NCBI GenBank assembly: GCA_010909165.1 | Contig: MU008158.1 | Span: forward strand, 2,319,478-2,383,477 | From: Anthoceros angustus | Taxonomy: Eukaryota > Plantae > Anthocerotophyta | Direction: 5' to 3' | DNA length: 64,000 bases | Part shown: one piece after another, positions 23,201 through 35,936 of the stretch | Layout of the letters: the number at the start of each line of letters is the position of its first letter | Numbering within the stretch: the first letter of the stretch is position 1 | Position numbers and translations under genes: made by a program | Notes under the pieces: model-generated | Told to the model about the DNA's origin: nothing | Databases searched by the model: none | The model's input: only the letters and a program-made list of their open reading frames with translations

Positions 23201-24800
23201 CGCCCCGACATCGTAAAGCTCCAACCCCGGACGCCACCACCGCCGCAGCAACCCTCCCGTGTCTATCCGATGTCCTCGCCGCCTTCCATAATCGAGTGCA
23301 CCGGTCAACACCGCAGCGTGGTCCGGATTCCCCATCCTCGCACTCGCGCCGCGCAGATGTCGAAAACATCTTGGCCTCACGCTCGCGCATTCCGCCAGCG
23401 CATGGGAGATGGTGGCGGCTTTCTTCGCAGCCTCGAGGACGGAAGCATCGCCATGCCGCAACCAGCCGCTCGTATGTTTTCAAGAATCGACCGATGGCGG
23501 ATGGGCTGCTCCCACCGCCGGATGCTCCCTGGCGATCGTCGCCACAGGCCGGAGGGCGCCGCTGTCCTTTCATCCGCGAATCCAATGACTACGAAGGCCC
23601 CACTGCAGCACTGTGCCCTCGAGGTCGCGATGACGCCTGAAGCCACTTGGTCAAGTCGGATCTCGGTCCGACCGAGATCGAGTCTGTCGTCCACCACCGG
23701 TGTGCACGTCATCTCCGAAATCCGCTTCCCGCCCGCCTCCTCCTCTTCCAAGACCCTCGCTTTGTAGCGGACTATGAACGGCCTATCCGGGATACAGGAT
23801 CCCGACATACAAAAGCGCACCTTGCAAAACGTTAGCGCCTGTGATGCGGGGCGAAGTGGAGCGGGTCATCTGTGAGGACCGCAATGGCGAATCGGGCACC
23901 TTCGTTGCGCTGATGCAACCAGGCCCAAATTGCTGCGGGGAAGGCGGAAGAGGCGCCACCGTCCACGGGGCAGACGCCCCTGCAAACTCAACTCATACCT
24001 CGCTCCCACGGGCATGGCGGTGCGTGCAACTCCACATGCGATGCTGCGGCAATCCTCGACAAACCGCCTCCCCATCGCCTCGGTCCTAAGTGGATGGCCT
24101 CGTAAATGCGATTCTGGAACCGTAATAGAGAGCTTCTTCATGTGCACCCGCCGCGACCGCCAGCGCCGCCTCTCGAACCATAATCGGGTGATTGCGGCGT
24201 TGTGTGAGGGGATGTTTCCCATTGCCGCACGCACTGCTGCGGTGTTCCGGCTGAGGAACGTGCACCCCACCTCACTCCCCGGAAGGTACGCCCGGCCGCC
24301 AGCCGCGCCGATCCCGCAATGCACACCGGCCAAGGGTCCGCCGCACTGCCGTGGTGTCTGCACACACCGGAGGGGCCTTGCGGATTGCCTCGACCGGAAT
24401 TCTAGCAGTGGCAGGAGGCTTGGAAACGCGATGAGGCCGACCTTGGCGGGGGATCGAAGACATTTGCATCCTCGTCGTCGGAGTTCACCCAATCTCAGAA
24501 TGTCGCCACCGCCATCGCACAAGATTCACCGGCGACGGCGCCTCCTCGCCGCCATGTTTTCACTTGGATTGGTGCGAGTCCACCAAAAAAAGATGGTGTG
24601 CCTTGGTCACGGCCTCCACCGCGATTTCGGGAGATGGCGAGGGGCGGCGTGTCCGCGATGGCGAACCACACCGGCCGATGCCGCAGGAAGATACGGGCGC
24701 GCCTCCCCGCCTTCGCCTTTTTCCGCATGACAAGAGCGCAGAGGTTCATTATTTCGTGGAGTCGTCCCCCAAACGCCTCAAACCCCGCTTAGGATTAACA
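17300..24800 (-). other. Block of degenerate, unidentified cargo coding sequence
   Basis: Overlapping partial minus-strand ORFs look protein-like (e.g. FLLDNQDAYVLYVDKAVSFFAKEAL, HSSFHETSVWRKNIWEMR, FWQNPMFMNCVFEARDNPG). There are minus-strand splice signals: GAGG|GTAAGT at ~17743 and TTTTGTAG| at ~17680. No family was recognised. Confidence 0.4.
18950..19620. repeat. C-rich low-complexity tract with 4 copies of CCCTCGTCATCACC(CTCATCTCC)
   Basis: Directly visible. On the minus strand it encodes GDEGDDEG-like acidic repeats. Confidence 0.85.
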
Positions 24801-25339
24801 ATGCCCGCCTCATGACGGAAACACGACATTCATTACATCGGAAAGAGCGGAGATGGCGCGGCCGTGCTGCCTCCAAAGATGCACCTCGGATGGCCGCATT
24901 GTTTAAGGCGAGATGGTGGAGATGAGGACATGCTTAAACGCGCCTTCTAGAAGACGCGTTGTTTATGTTTGAAGTATTCTGCAGGAGGGGAGGAGGCCGT
25001 GGACAAGAATGCGGCGCTGACGCTTGGGAAGGCGGGTCGCATCTTCAGCGACAGGGCCATGCTGCACCGGTGGCGGTCGTGAGCAGGTTGGCGCCTCGTC
25101 TACAAAACATCGTCCGCTCGTGAAGGGGATTCCGACATGACCAAGGACGGCCGTGTTCTCGTGTAGCAATTTGCGGTTTATGTCAAATCACTTCCTCCAT
25201 ACACAGCCCCAACCCAAGCATATATAGTGAATTTGTCCTGCATTTGAACGAATGGATGGCGGAATAAGATGGATATTGAGTATGAGGTTTTTTGTTCACA
25301 CATGTCTAGTAGGGAGGTTTTTGGGCCAAACTATAAGGC

Positions 25340-25630
25340 CCAAAAAGGATGGAACATAATGCATAATGTTCCAATTTTCAAAGGCCAAGGAAGATAGTGG
25401 TACATATATCGAGGACTTGACAACCTTGGCCTTTGGGATATTTGAAAGGAGGAAACATCATGCATGGTGTGTCCATGCCAAAGGCCAAGGAAGGTAGAGG
25501 CATATACTACAAAGGACATGTCATCCTTGGCATTTGGGATTTGTCAACGAAACATCATGCATGTTGTTTCAACCACCAAAGGCCAAGGAAGTTAGTGCTA
25601 CATATACTGTGTAGGCTTGGTCTTCCCATA
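25340..25630. repeat. Three ~100-bp units; the first two carry an internal inverted repeat
   Basis: CAAAGGCCAAGG at 25379, 25479 and 25577. CCTTGGCCTTTG at 25424 and CCTTGGCATTTG at 25525. Confidence 0.85.
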
Positions 25631-25764
25631 TGTGTGTGTCAATAGTTGGATGGCAGCAGATGTAAAGGTAAAACATCTTTAGGGTTTAGCGAAGGGACGC
25701 GTGTTAGAGCATGTGCACATATGCATGTAATCCGCATATATAGACATAAATATTACATATGTCT

Positions 25765-27080
25765 TGTTCCTTGGACTTTGGCCTATAGTAGGATTGAGGA
25801 CATGCTAGCATCCTTGAAAGGTTGGTATATAATATATGGATATATATGTAGGAGAAAGTTGAAAACTAAGCATGTCACGCACAAGATGTGCTCGTGTTTT
25901 TCTTCCTCTATCCCTTGCAGAAAGCAAATTTTCCATGCATCATCGATAAAAGTTCCTTGGCATATGCCTAAGGATCTTTGTGCAGGTTGCAATGGAAAAG
26001 CTTCTTATTTTTTGTTTCCCTTTTCTATGTATCGCGAAAGGGTTTTCCTTTATATGCATCAATGAAAAGGGTCCTTGCCCTTTGGTACAAGTGACTGATA
26101 ATGTCTTCGTCTTGGAAATGAGGTATATTATGTTTGTCTATATATGCAGGAAAAACACCGTAAACCTGCATGATATGTGAGAAGTTGTGCTCTCTAGTTT
26201 TGCCTTCTTCTATCCTTCGTCGATTAAAGTTTCCATGCATCATGAACAAAGTTCCTTGGGGCATGGGGAATGAACTTTGTCCATGATGCATGCTAAAATC
26301 ATATTGTTTTTGCCCAGTTTCAACCTGGGTTTTTTCGTAAGCTTCAGGAAAATGGTCCTTGGCCTTTGGTAGAAGTGAATGGTAATGTCTTCATCTTAGA
26401 ACTAAGGTATATTATGTATGTCTATATATGCAAGAATAACACCGTTAACGTGCATGATAGGATAGAAGTTGTGTTGTGGGTTTTTTCCGTGCTTCGCAAG
26501 CCGCTTTTTCCATGCATCCGGAGAGTTCCTTGGCCTATGGCGAAGGAACTGCTTCTGTGGTGCATTGAAAAGTTCCTTTCCATATGTTACCTTTTGTATG
26601 CTTGCATCTTTCCCGACATGTGGGAAAAGGCTCCTTGGCCTTTGGCACATGTGACTATGAATGTATTCGCTGTTGAACCGAGGTATATCATGTATGTCTA
26701 TATATGCAAGAATAACAACGTAAACTGCATGACATGGGCGAAGTTTTGTTTTGGTTTTGTCCTTGTAATCTTCGCTGTGGCAATTCTTTGAATGCATCCT
26801 CCAAAAGTTGTTGGCCCATGGGGATTGATTTTCCCACGATGCGCCGGAAATTTTCCTTATGTTTTTCCCTCAGTATGCTTGGCCTATGTGTATGCTTGGC
26901 CAATGGAATTGTCTCTACATGCATCATCGAAAAGGGTCCTTCGCCTATGGTACAAGACATTGTTCATGACCGGTCTTTGAAAACTAGTTATATCATACAT
27001 GGCTATATATGTAGGAATAACGTGGAAAACAAACATGGTGCTTGCGGTTGGTATACGATTTTCCCTCCGCATCGTGGGCG
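25765..27080. repeat. Five degenerate ~285-bp tandem repeats
   Basis: Recurring CCTTGGCCTTTGG...GGTATAT(T/C)ATGTATGTCTATATATGCAAGAATAAC...TTCCATGCATC, with units starting near 25767, 26067, 26352, 26628 and 26930. Confidence 0.85.
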
Positions 27081-28379
27081 TAAATCATTGGCCACATGGC
27101 GGATGACGCATGATGCATGCCAATACGCTGTCTGCATGACCGGGCCGCTTCAAGGTTGTGGAGTCCGAGGCACAAACGCCAAGGAACGGCAGCGCAAACT
27201 CGTCTCCCCGCGATCCACAACGGCGCGTGAGAACGTTGGGAAGCCCCGAACTTGCCGTGATGGGCGGAACGAATCGGCCATACCGAGGGAAAGAGCAGAA
27301 GCGGAAGAATGGCGAGCGGTAATGGAAGCGCGACGATCGCATACGGTGGCCGCCGCGCCATCCCGGTGTTGCGGGGCGATTGTGGAGGTGATATTGCGTG
27401 CGATGGACACCTCCCGCTTTTCTGTACGGGTGTGCGGAACCGCGCGGACGATATAACACCGCCGTGTGATGGATGGAGAGGGAAGGAGGCTGTGGTGCGC
27501 GTGCTCCTCGGCGATGGCGGACGGGCAATCGCCCCCGCGCACCTCCTTGGAATGGAAGCGGAGGAGTTTGCATCATGTGGGCTAGTGGAAACGCGGAAGA
27601 GGTGGTGCGGAATGTCAAGGTAAAACATACAGTGTGCTTAACGATCACAACACACGGCAGAGAGCGAAGGGATTTGTCGCCCACATGGCAGGCCTGTGAT
27701 GAAGGAGGTGAAGCTCCGGGCGGGACAAAGGCGGGGAGGCGGGGTGGTGGCAGCGGGATGGCCGTCGGGAAGGCGGATCGTGGGCGGGGTGTGCCATGGA
27801 TGGCGGGCGATGCGTTGGCACTCGGTATGAGAGGTGCGACGGATGAGGATGGGGGGCTACGAGGAGCTACGTTTTCTGTCGCTTTTTCGCTTGCTATGCG
27901 ATCCGATTATGTGCCATCTTTGTGCAATTGTGGCATTAGTAGTAGTAGTGGCGGCGCTACCGTGTTTGCGTGGACCGAGACGGTGACCCGGACAAAGTTT
28001 ATATATAATTGGTGTGAGAAACCGAATAGTGATTTCTAAGAGTGAGAGTTGGCGGTCCAAGACATCACCGCAAATGTCGTGGGAAGAGGAAAGGAGTTGG
28101 CGGTTACGCCTACAAACAAAAGGTAGGGAAAAGGTTGACAAAGGGGCCGGACGCCGTGTCGTTGCCAAAGTGGTTAGGCCGAACGGGTGTGGACAATTGG
28201 TGTCATGACGATGGCACGTGTATGCGCAAGAACAGAATCGCCATTGCACAATGCGTGATAACTTTGCGGGGCGTAAATTGGGCGGCCACGCGGCCGCCCG
28301 AGAGAGTATGGCGAGCGATTCCGATATGAATCCCAACACAGGAGGACATGCGAGTCGAAGCGGTGCGGGCCACCGTAGA

Positions 28380-30400
28380 CACCTCGCCAACCACAAGTGC
28401 GGCAATTGGAAATTTGGGAGCGATAAAGGCGGGGAAGGGCGGGGTGGAGGGGAGAAGGTCGGCGCTCGAGGGGAAGACCGCTGAGGAGAAGAGCATGGCG
28501 GGGTGGCGGGGAGCGGAGGGCGAGGACGCGCGGCGGAGGAAGGGTGGAGGACACTCTCCTGGCGCCGGGCGGTGGCGGGGCGGGCGGCGAGAGGAGGAGC
28601 GCCATGGCGGAGGGACGCCCGCCCCATGGCGCGGCGGCAGCGGAGGCGGTGGCGGGGCGAGGGGGCGGGCGGAGGGGAGGCGGGGGACGTCCCCATGCCA
28701 GATCGGCATGGCGTGGCGGGGCGGCGCAGCCAGAGGGAGGAGACGGGTGGAGGGCACCGCCGCTGCCCGCCTCCCCAGATCGGCAGGGGGGAGGCGCCTG
28801 CAGGCGAGGCGGGGTGGAGGGCACCAAGCCATCCCACGTGCCCACCGTGACGGCAGGGAGGCGTGCAGAGGATAGAGGCGGGATGGAGGGCACCAAGCCA
28901 TCCCCCATGGCGGCGGCGGAGGAAGGGTGGAGGCGGGGCGGCGGCGGCGGCGGAGGAGGAGGCGCCATGGCGGCGGCGGCGAGGCGGGGAGGCGCCTGCA
29001 GGCGAGGCGGGGAGGCACCTCCCCATCCCGACGCAGCCGCGTGGCAATGGGAGGAGGAGGGGAGGAGGAGGTGAGGTTGCCTCCCCATCCCGACGCATTC
29101 TCATAGGGGGCACCGCGGCAAATGATCAAAGTGGGGAGGCATCATACCCTCCCCATGGCGGAGGCGCCATGGCGGAGGGCGAGCACAAGGAGGAGGGAGG
29201 GGAGGGCTATCCCCACCGCAACGCCATCGCCAGGCGGAGGGCGAGCACAAGGGGAGGCGGGGAGGCGGGGAGGCACCAAGCCATCCCCCATGGCGGCGGC
29301 GCAGGCGGGGGGGCGCAAGGAGGAGGAGGAGGGTCCGATGGCACCATGCCATCCCCCATGGCGGAGGCGGGCGGCGGAGGCGAGGCGGGGAAGGCGGAAG
29401 GGGACGGTGACCTCCCAACGCCAGGCGGGGGGGCGGGGCGAGTGGGGGGGAGGCACCTTCCCCACGGAGCCGCCGGCCGGAGGCTGAGGAGGAGGAGGTG
29501 AGGTTGCCTCCCCTGGCGGGGAGGCGGGCGGAGAGAGATCGAGCGCCGATGGAGAGCGCCGATGGAGATGGCCTCGCCGAGGAGGAAGCCAACCCCGCGG
29601 TGGAGGACGCCGACGAGGGGCGAGGCCGCCGAGGCCGAGGGAGGTGGAGAGGATGGGGATGCACGATGCCGCCGAGACCGAGGCCGAGCTCGGGCATGGC
29701 GGTGGCGGAGGCGGGGCGGCGCCGCCATGCCGACCCCGAGGTCGGCCATGGTGGCGGAGGGCGATCGCCCGCCGAGACCGAGGCCGACGGAGGGCCCGGC
29801 GATGGCGGGATGCGTGGGCGGAGGGGCGACGCGCCGCGGGCGACGGCGAGCTGGGCGCCGGCCGGGCGGGGCGATCTCAGGGAGTGGACCGGAGCGCGCC
29901 ACCGTTGAGGAAGGCGTATGGGAGGAATAACCGCCATCGGTGGCGGCATCTCGACGTGGAGCGGAAGCAGCAGATTAGGCGGAGGCTCGGGAGGCTGCGG
30001 AGGAGGAGGCGGGGCGGCTGCTGCGAGCTCCGCGGTGGAGGACAGATCCGCGGCACACCGGGGAGGAGGAGGAGGAGGAGGAGGAGGTGGGAGCAACCTG
30101 ACGGCGGAGCGGAGGCCATGTCGGAAGAAGATGGAGAGCGAGTGCGCCCAACCCCAACTCCGCGGAGGCGAGCACAAGGGGAGGAAGCGCGACTACGAGT
30201 CGGACACGGTCCGGCGGAAGCGCCGTTGGGCGCGGTGCCTCCGACGCCCAATGCCCGGACGCTGCCCGCCTGGAGGGACGCGCCAACCGATGAGAGCGAT
30301 GAGCGGAATGCTCGACGCCGCCGAGGCCATGGAGGGCACAATTAAGGTTCTCCCAGATGATCAAGCGCATGGAGGACGAGGGAAGTAGGCGGCGTCGTCA
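28380..30400 (+). repeat. G-rich low-complexity / complex minisatellite region near the right end
   Basis: Repeated GGCGGCGGAGGAGG, GGCACCAAGCCATCCCCCATGGCGG and GGAGGCGCCTGCAGGCGAGGCGGGG units. Confidence 0.85.
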
Positions 30401-31139
30401 TCCCTTGTCTTTGAGAGGTGCATCGCCAGGTTTTGGTTTTGCATAGGGGCGAGCATCGCCGTAGGAAGGCCGCAGGAGATAGGGTTTGATGCTAGGCATG
30501 CAATTTTGCGATGTGTGCGGGACATCCTTTTTGATCAATGGAATGGCACCCTTCACGTGAAATTTGGCTCTTTGCACGCAAAGATAAACATTCTTGGCGA
30601 GGTTGTTGGGCATGTATGAGGTGGTGGGTCGCCATCCCCTCTTCCCGCTTCGCATCGCGGCTTCTTCTTGTTTGAAAGAGGATCGTGGCTCTCATTGTTT
30701 CCAAAGATCGCGTTCCTTAAGGAATACACGGTCCCAAAGTCCATAGTCACAAGACGAGGAACGGCCAGGCTGCGGCATGGTTCGCAAACCATGGCGTGCC
30801 GTGCGGCCGTCATTGCTCGCGATACCCATGCCGTAGGGTTTGTCAATCAATGGAGCGCACAAGAATGCCACGTTAGGGTTTGGTGGCCATTGGATTCCCT
30901 CAAGAAAACTTAATGGCACAAAAAGTGGAAACATTCGAAAACATAGTGTCCCGCCTCTTTGTTTTCAAAGGTGAAAGCATCGAAAATTTTCAAGGACACC
31001 GCTTCGAGGACATTGTGTGTGTCCCCTTTGGTGCTTGGCCGCTCTTGGTTAGGCGCCAAAGCGCCATGTGGCCATGTGTGAAAAAGAAACCGTCTTTGGA
31101 ATGTAGGGTATATTCCTCAAGATCCCCACGCCTTGCATG

Positions 31140-31640
31140 GGTTTCGCGAAAAAAAAAATGTCCCATCCCCTTTGGTATGCCATAGTCAAAGTCGGTTTTC
31201 GGAATCCATTTTTAATATACAATTTTTTTATAAGATACGGTCCCACCAAAAGTTTTCTTGTGGAGTGACACATTTTTAAATGTACCCATCTTTCTATAGG
31301 ATACGTCCTACGGGAAACATTCTTGAGGAGTGGCAGAAGTGTCAAATCGGATCCCGGTATCCAGTTTCCAAAGGGTTAAATTGATCGGAAGTATCAAATC
31401 GGTTCGTGGAATCCATTTGCCGGTGTACCGATCTTTCTGCACTGAACGATCCCACCGAAACCTTAACTTTCTTCAGTAGTGGGGAAAGTGTCAAATCGGT
31501 TCCTAAAATCCATACTCCGATGTACTTCTTTCTACATTAAATGGTCCCACCAAAAACTTAACTTTCTTCGGCAGTGGCGGAAGTGTCAAATCGGTTCCCA
31601 AAGTCCACATTCCGAAGTACCAATATGACACTGTCTAAGA
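31140..31640. repeat. Right subterminal repeats of the element
   Basis: (G/A)AAGT(G/A)TCAAATCGG at 31336, 31388, 31485 and 31580, with CCCACC(A/G)AAA spacers, plus the inverted match to the left end at 31141-31184. Confidence 0.75.
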
Positions 31641-32499
31641 ATATTTCCAGACCTAGAGTTAGGGTTTACTACGCTAGGGTTTGCATGGAATGTATATGGA
31701 ATGCCTGAATCGTCACCAACCTTATTTCTTCGTGCTTTGGGGTGGACAAGGTTCTACTCGCGCGAGGTCTATCACTCATTGTGATGTGGGTACAAGTGAA
31801 TTGACCTACCAACTTAACCTATGAGCTTTAAATGGCCCATAACCTACGAGCTTTAAACGGCCCAAAAGCCCTCCATCGAAGAAAGTGCAAACTTGGTGTA
31901 GCCAAGGTAAAGACGTTAACTCCGAACTTTGACATGGCTCCCATGTGAAAACCTTGAAGCAATATATGCATTGTATGGACAGGGTTTTGTTGAAACTAGA
32001 TCCAAACATAAAATCCTCAAGCCGTGGTAGAAAACCTTTGTTTAGAAACTGATCTGTCCAAAAGAAAACTTATGAATATATATATGATATGTATTACCAA
32101 ATTATATATCTATATAAAATCAAAGTTTATATATATTTTATATCACTTGATATAAACTATATATAAAAACGTGTAGAAACTGCAGAAAAACTTAAACCTG
32201 AAACAGGGGGAGGTGTGCAATGCGATACACCATAAGGAGCAGTTTATGGGACCGAAAGCTCGTTACATTTTTCACAACAATGCCCAGGAAAGTGCGAGGT
32301 AGTGTATTCGAGTCCCGGCTTTTGCTGTAGTAGGCATTGTTGGTGGTAACATCAGCTGCCTCATTTTCGGGTACCTTGCACTACTTGTCTGCATTTCTCT
32401 TCATTGTCATCGTGTTCCACCAGATTGGCTGCTTGCTAAATGAAGCAAGTTTTACAGAGGCTAGCAGCCTGTTTCGATGGCTGTTTGAATCCCAGCCTG

Positions 32500-33230
32500 T
32501 GTCCAGGCTTCAAAACCAGGTGAGAGTGGTTGATCTGAGCATTCTGGAACAAGGATGCCCTGCCCGATCCTGTTCCTTGCGACCCTTTCACTTAAACGAG
32601 TACAGAACCAAGATAGTCTTTTCACAGACATGATGAAAGGCTTTGGCACGGCAGTATCACATGTGTGCAAACATCATGGCTCAGTGCAATGCTTTAATTT
32701 ATGGAATCAGGTAGAGACGTGGATCAAGGAGTACGCAGATAACTGGCCCTCATGCATAATTGAGGCTTCAAAGCTGTAGGAGCAGGGGTCACTGGTGGCA
32801 TGAGTAAAGACCCCTTTACAAGGGAGTTTGCTGTCTGTCCAACAGGGCCTGTATGCTGGAAGCTGCAACAGCCCGGCTGTCATGGATTGTTGTTGAGGAC
32901 CAGCCTCAGACAGGATCACTTATGAATTGCAGATCACTCCATCTTCCAAGATTTTAGCTGTCTCCATCGATCTGCTGAACAGGCTGAAAGTTGATGTCAC
33001 GATTTGTGATGTGGAGAGCCTTGAAGCAAGCGTTGGATTTACATTTTTTATCAATGTCTTATCGATTGTTGTGCACACTGCACATACGCTTGCTATTATA
33101 TGTTATGGCAAGCCTCCTTGTGCTCGCCGGCTGCTCTCAATGCCGTGCTCGGACCAGCTACGACCTTGGCCACTCAGCAACAGGTGAAACTTTCCAACAG
33201 CATTTGAGATGTTGATCAGGCTAGCACTAT
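32500..33230 (+). pseudogene. DUF674-family pseudogene (copy A)
   Basis: YELQITPSSKILAVSIDLLNRLKVDVTICDVESLE and WQASLCSPAALNAV match the DUF674 C-terminus, with broken frames. Homologous to 36880-37610. Confidence 0.55.
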
Positions 33231-34626
33231 AGGGAGTTTCAGAAAGGTGAGCAGCGGTTCCTGCCAGTTTCACATGCACAGCTGCTACTGTGAGTGTCTT
33301 GCGAGACCAGACATATGGAGCACAAGAGAATTCGGATTACCACCATGTGGTAACATTGCGTCTGAAACGATGACAGACATGAGCATATGGTCTGTAGGCT
33401 GTTACTGGTGTGACGAATCAGTCACCTGGGCATCTGATGGTTGGGTTTTGCTGAGACCTTCCTTGCTATGTTACTGTGGAACATTTCTTTCGTTGTATGG
33501 TAGTGGGTACCGTTCGCGGTTTAATTTCAGAAAAGGAGGAGAGCCAACTTTCTGAACATGGGATATCAATCACCTGTTTCTTCGTGCCACCTTAATCACA
33601 AATAACTTAGGGAGGGAGGAAGGAAGGAAGGATCCATCTGATTACGCCGAGGTCGGGTTGAAAACTTCAAGGTTAGGAAGGAAGGAATCTTCGTCATCGC
33701 CGCTCAACCCCTCCGATTTTCTGCAGCAGACTCTCGCACTCTTGCCATCTCGCAGGCTTCGCAGAAGCAGAAATTTGAAAACTGCGCACCTCATGTAATC
33801 CTCAGACTCTAGCACATGAGGTGCGCAGAAGTGTGATGGCGCGTGAGCCCGCGCAGAGGTGAATAAATGCAGCTTGCTATCCAAATGTCAGCAGTTATCG
33901 TGATATGACAGGATCGCCTGCCCGATCGTGATATGACATGTCTATACACTGCATGTATCGTGTTGATCTGCGATGCTGTTTGGCTGGCCAGCCAACACGG
34001 AATGGAAAGGAAAGGAAAGGGACATCCTATCTTGAATGTAAGGCAAATCAAGCGGGCCTACCTCCTACAAGATGCGGGTGATGGCAAGCCTTGTGCTCGT
34101 CCCATCGATCGCCTGCCGATCGGGAGGATACGATATGAATTTTTGTGAATTACCGTCTCACACGGGACGCTTGATGCTATGCATGCATCATACACAACTG
34201 GAGTATGTGTATGTACATGACCTCAATTGAGTTCAAAGAAGGAAGGAGGGACGTGGCATGGCCTGGTGAGGCGTGACATGACAGATGGTTCCAGCGCCGC
34301 CGTGCTGAGCAAATTTCAACAAGTCGCTCTCACTGGAGTGGGAGGGAGGGCGATGTTGGGAGTACACCCGCGCTGCTGGCCTGCCATGTCTGCCGCGCCG
34401 GCCCGTGAAATTGTGCGGCTGCAAACCCTTTTCCCGCGTCATTTGCCGCTGTGCTGCTGTGTTGCCTCGCCGCAATGCGCTTGCCCTTTGAATTTGCCGT
34501 CTGATTGCGCAAGGTTGCGAGCGGCGGAGGAAGGAGGAAGACGCTGGGCAGATGCTCATTGCTCACCGACAGATTTGACGTTGCAGAGTCTTGAGGTGCT
34601 GTGCCTAGGGCCCGGCCAAGGCCTCC

Positions 34627-35792
34627 ATGTCTGCGCAAGGCAGCTCCGAGCATTGCAGGTAAGCGTAGCGGCTGTTGCTGGTTCTTTTGCGAAGCCTGCA
34701 AGCACACTAGGCAATGCGCTGTTTGGACGTCGTGTGGTGCAGAGTCGATGAAACTGGAGACGGGATGGTGAGCGCACTGAGGGTGTATCCTCTCCCGCCG
34801 GAGGCCGGCACTTTGGGGATGGCTCGGCTGGTGCGGGACAGAGGGAGCGGAAGAGTGGTGTACATGACGGTGACCACCAAGTTTGCCAACATTTTGCTTA
34901 CTGCGCTAAGCCTGCCGACCAGCATCTTGGTGCAGATCTTAAAGGAGGCCACGTATCTCCCCCCGATCGGGACCGTGGCCAACATCTTCCAGTCTCTGCG
35001 AGGAGACGATGGAGCGTCAGGAGGTGACGAACCGCAGGCTGACGGCAACGGACCTGTGCAGGAGGCTGAGCCAGAGCCAGAGCCCGACGAAGATGTGCCG
35101 AGTGCGCATCCAAGGCTGGCAGAGAACAACGGTGCCGCTGCTGGTGTCGGTGACAAGAACAAGAGGAAGGTTTATAGGAAGAGGAAAGCTCTCAAGGTAA
35201 TTGACAAGCAGGTCCTAGGGGTAGCCAAGCCGGTTAAGCCGAAGCGCACCCCGGCGGAGGAGCGGCTGTGGCACCTGCATATCTACAAGCAGCTTGTGAT
35301 GCACCAGGATGTGGAGGTCAGCAAGATCGCCAGGAAGCAGTACCGGTGTCCTAATTCCGCTACGCGCCAGAACTGCTCCATTTTGGTGTCGGACGTCAGA
35401 GGCAGGAATTGCATGCAGTGCCGAGCGGAGATGACGGTGGAAGTGGTGCCTAACAACGGGCTCGTCCTTGTCAAAGGCGCCTCTACTGTGGTATTTACGG
35501 AGAACCTAAAGGCCACCCCGCTTAGAAATGAGAATACCTTTATGGAGCTGGTGGTGAAGCAGAAAGAGCTTCAGGATATGTCCAGGATAGAGATGTGTGA
35601 CATAGATGTTGGGATTGAACAGGTAAATGTTGCTTCTTCTTTGCTTGTAGAACCTGACCGTCCTTCAGCGTCGTTAACTTGTTTCGATCTATGGTGTGGC
35701 AGGTGCTGAAATTGGCTCATGCGGCATTGAAGTCACGCACGCCGCTTACTGATGTTTTTGGCGCTGAGGAAGAGGCCTTTGAACCCATTTGA
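34627..35792 (+). CDS. DUF674-family protein (exons 34627-34658, 34743-35622, 35703-35792)
   Basis: FANILLTALSLPTSILVQIL...GTVANIFQSL; C...C..C..M; VVFTENLKATP; VGIEQVLKLAHAALKSRTPLTDVF. Canonical GT-AG introns preserve the frame. Confidence 0.8.
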
Positions 35793-35936
35793 ACGGATTT
35801 GGTGCTCTTGATGGATCTAATGCGCAACTTGTAAGCAACGTGTATTGATCATTAATTTATGGATATCCTTGTGAACAAGGAGTTCCAGAATGCGTGAGGG
35901 ATCTCCAAGGTTATAGTCAGTACTACTCTCCGCATT

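Larger units (their letters stand above)
2255..31710. mobile_element. Candidate ~29 kb giant DNA transposon (DDD/Sola-like transposase, ParB-DNA methyltransferase and other cargo)
   Basis: It contains a transposase-like gene. Both ends share motifs, including a perfect 15-bp inverted match (2524-2538 / 31170-31184), and both have GC-rich subterminal arrays. Ordinary intact host genes flank it. Exact termini and TSD were not found, so the boundaries are approximate. Confidence 0.6.

Noticed and set aside
27857-30388. Long ORFs of up to 418 aa on both strands
   Set aside because: Low-complexity G/C sequence lacks stops in all frames, and no domain signal was seen.
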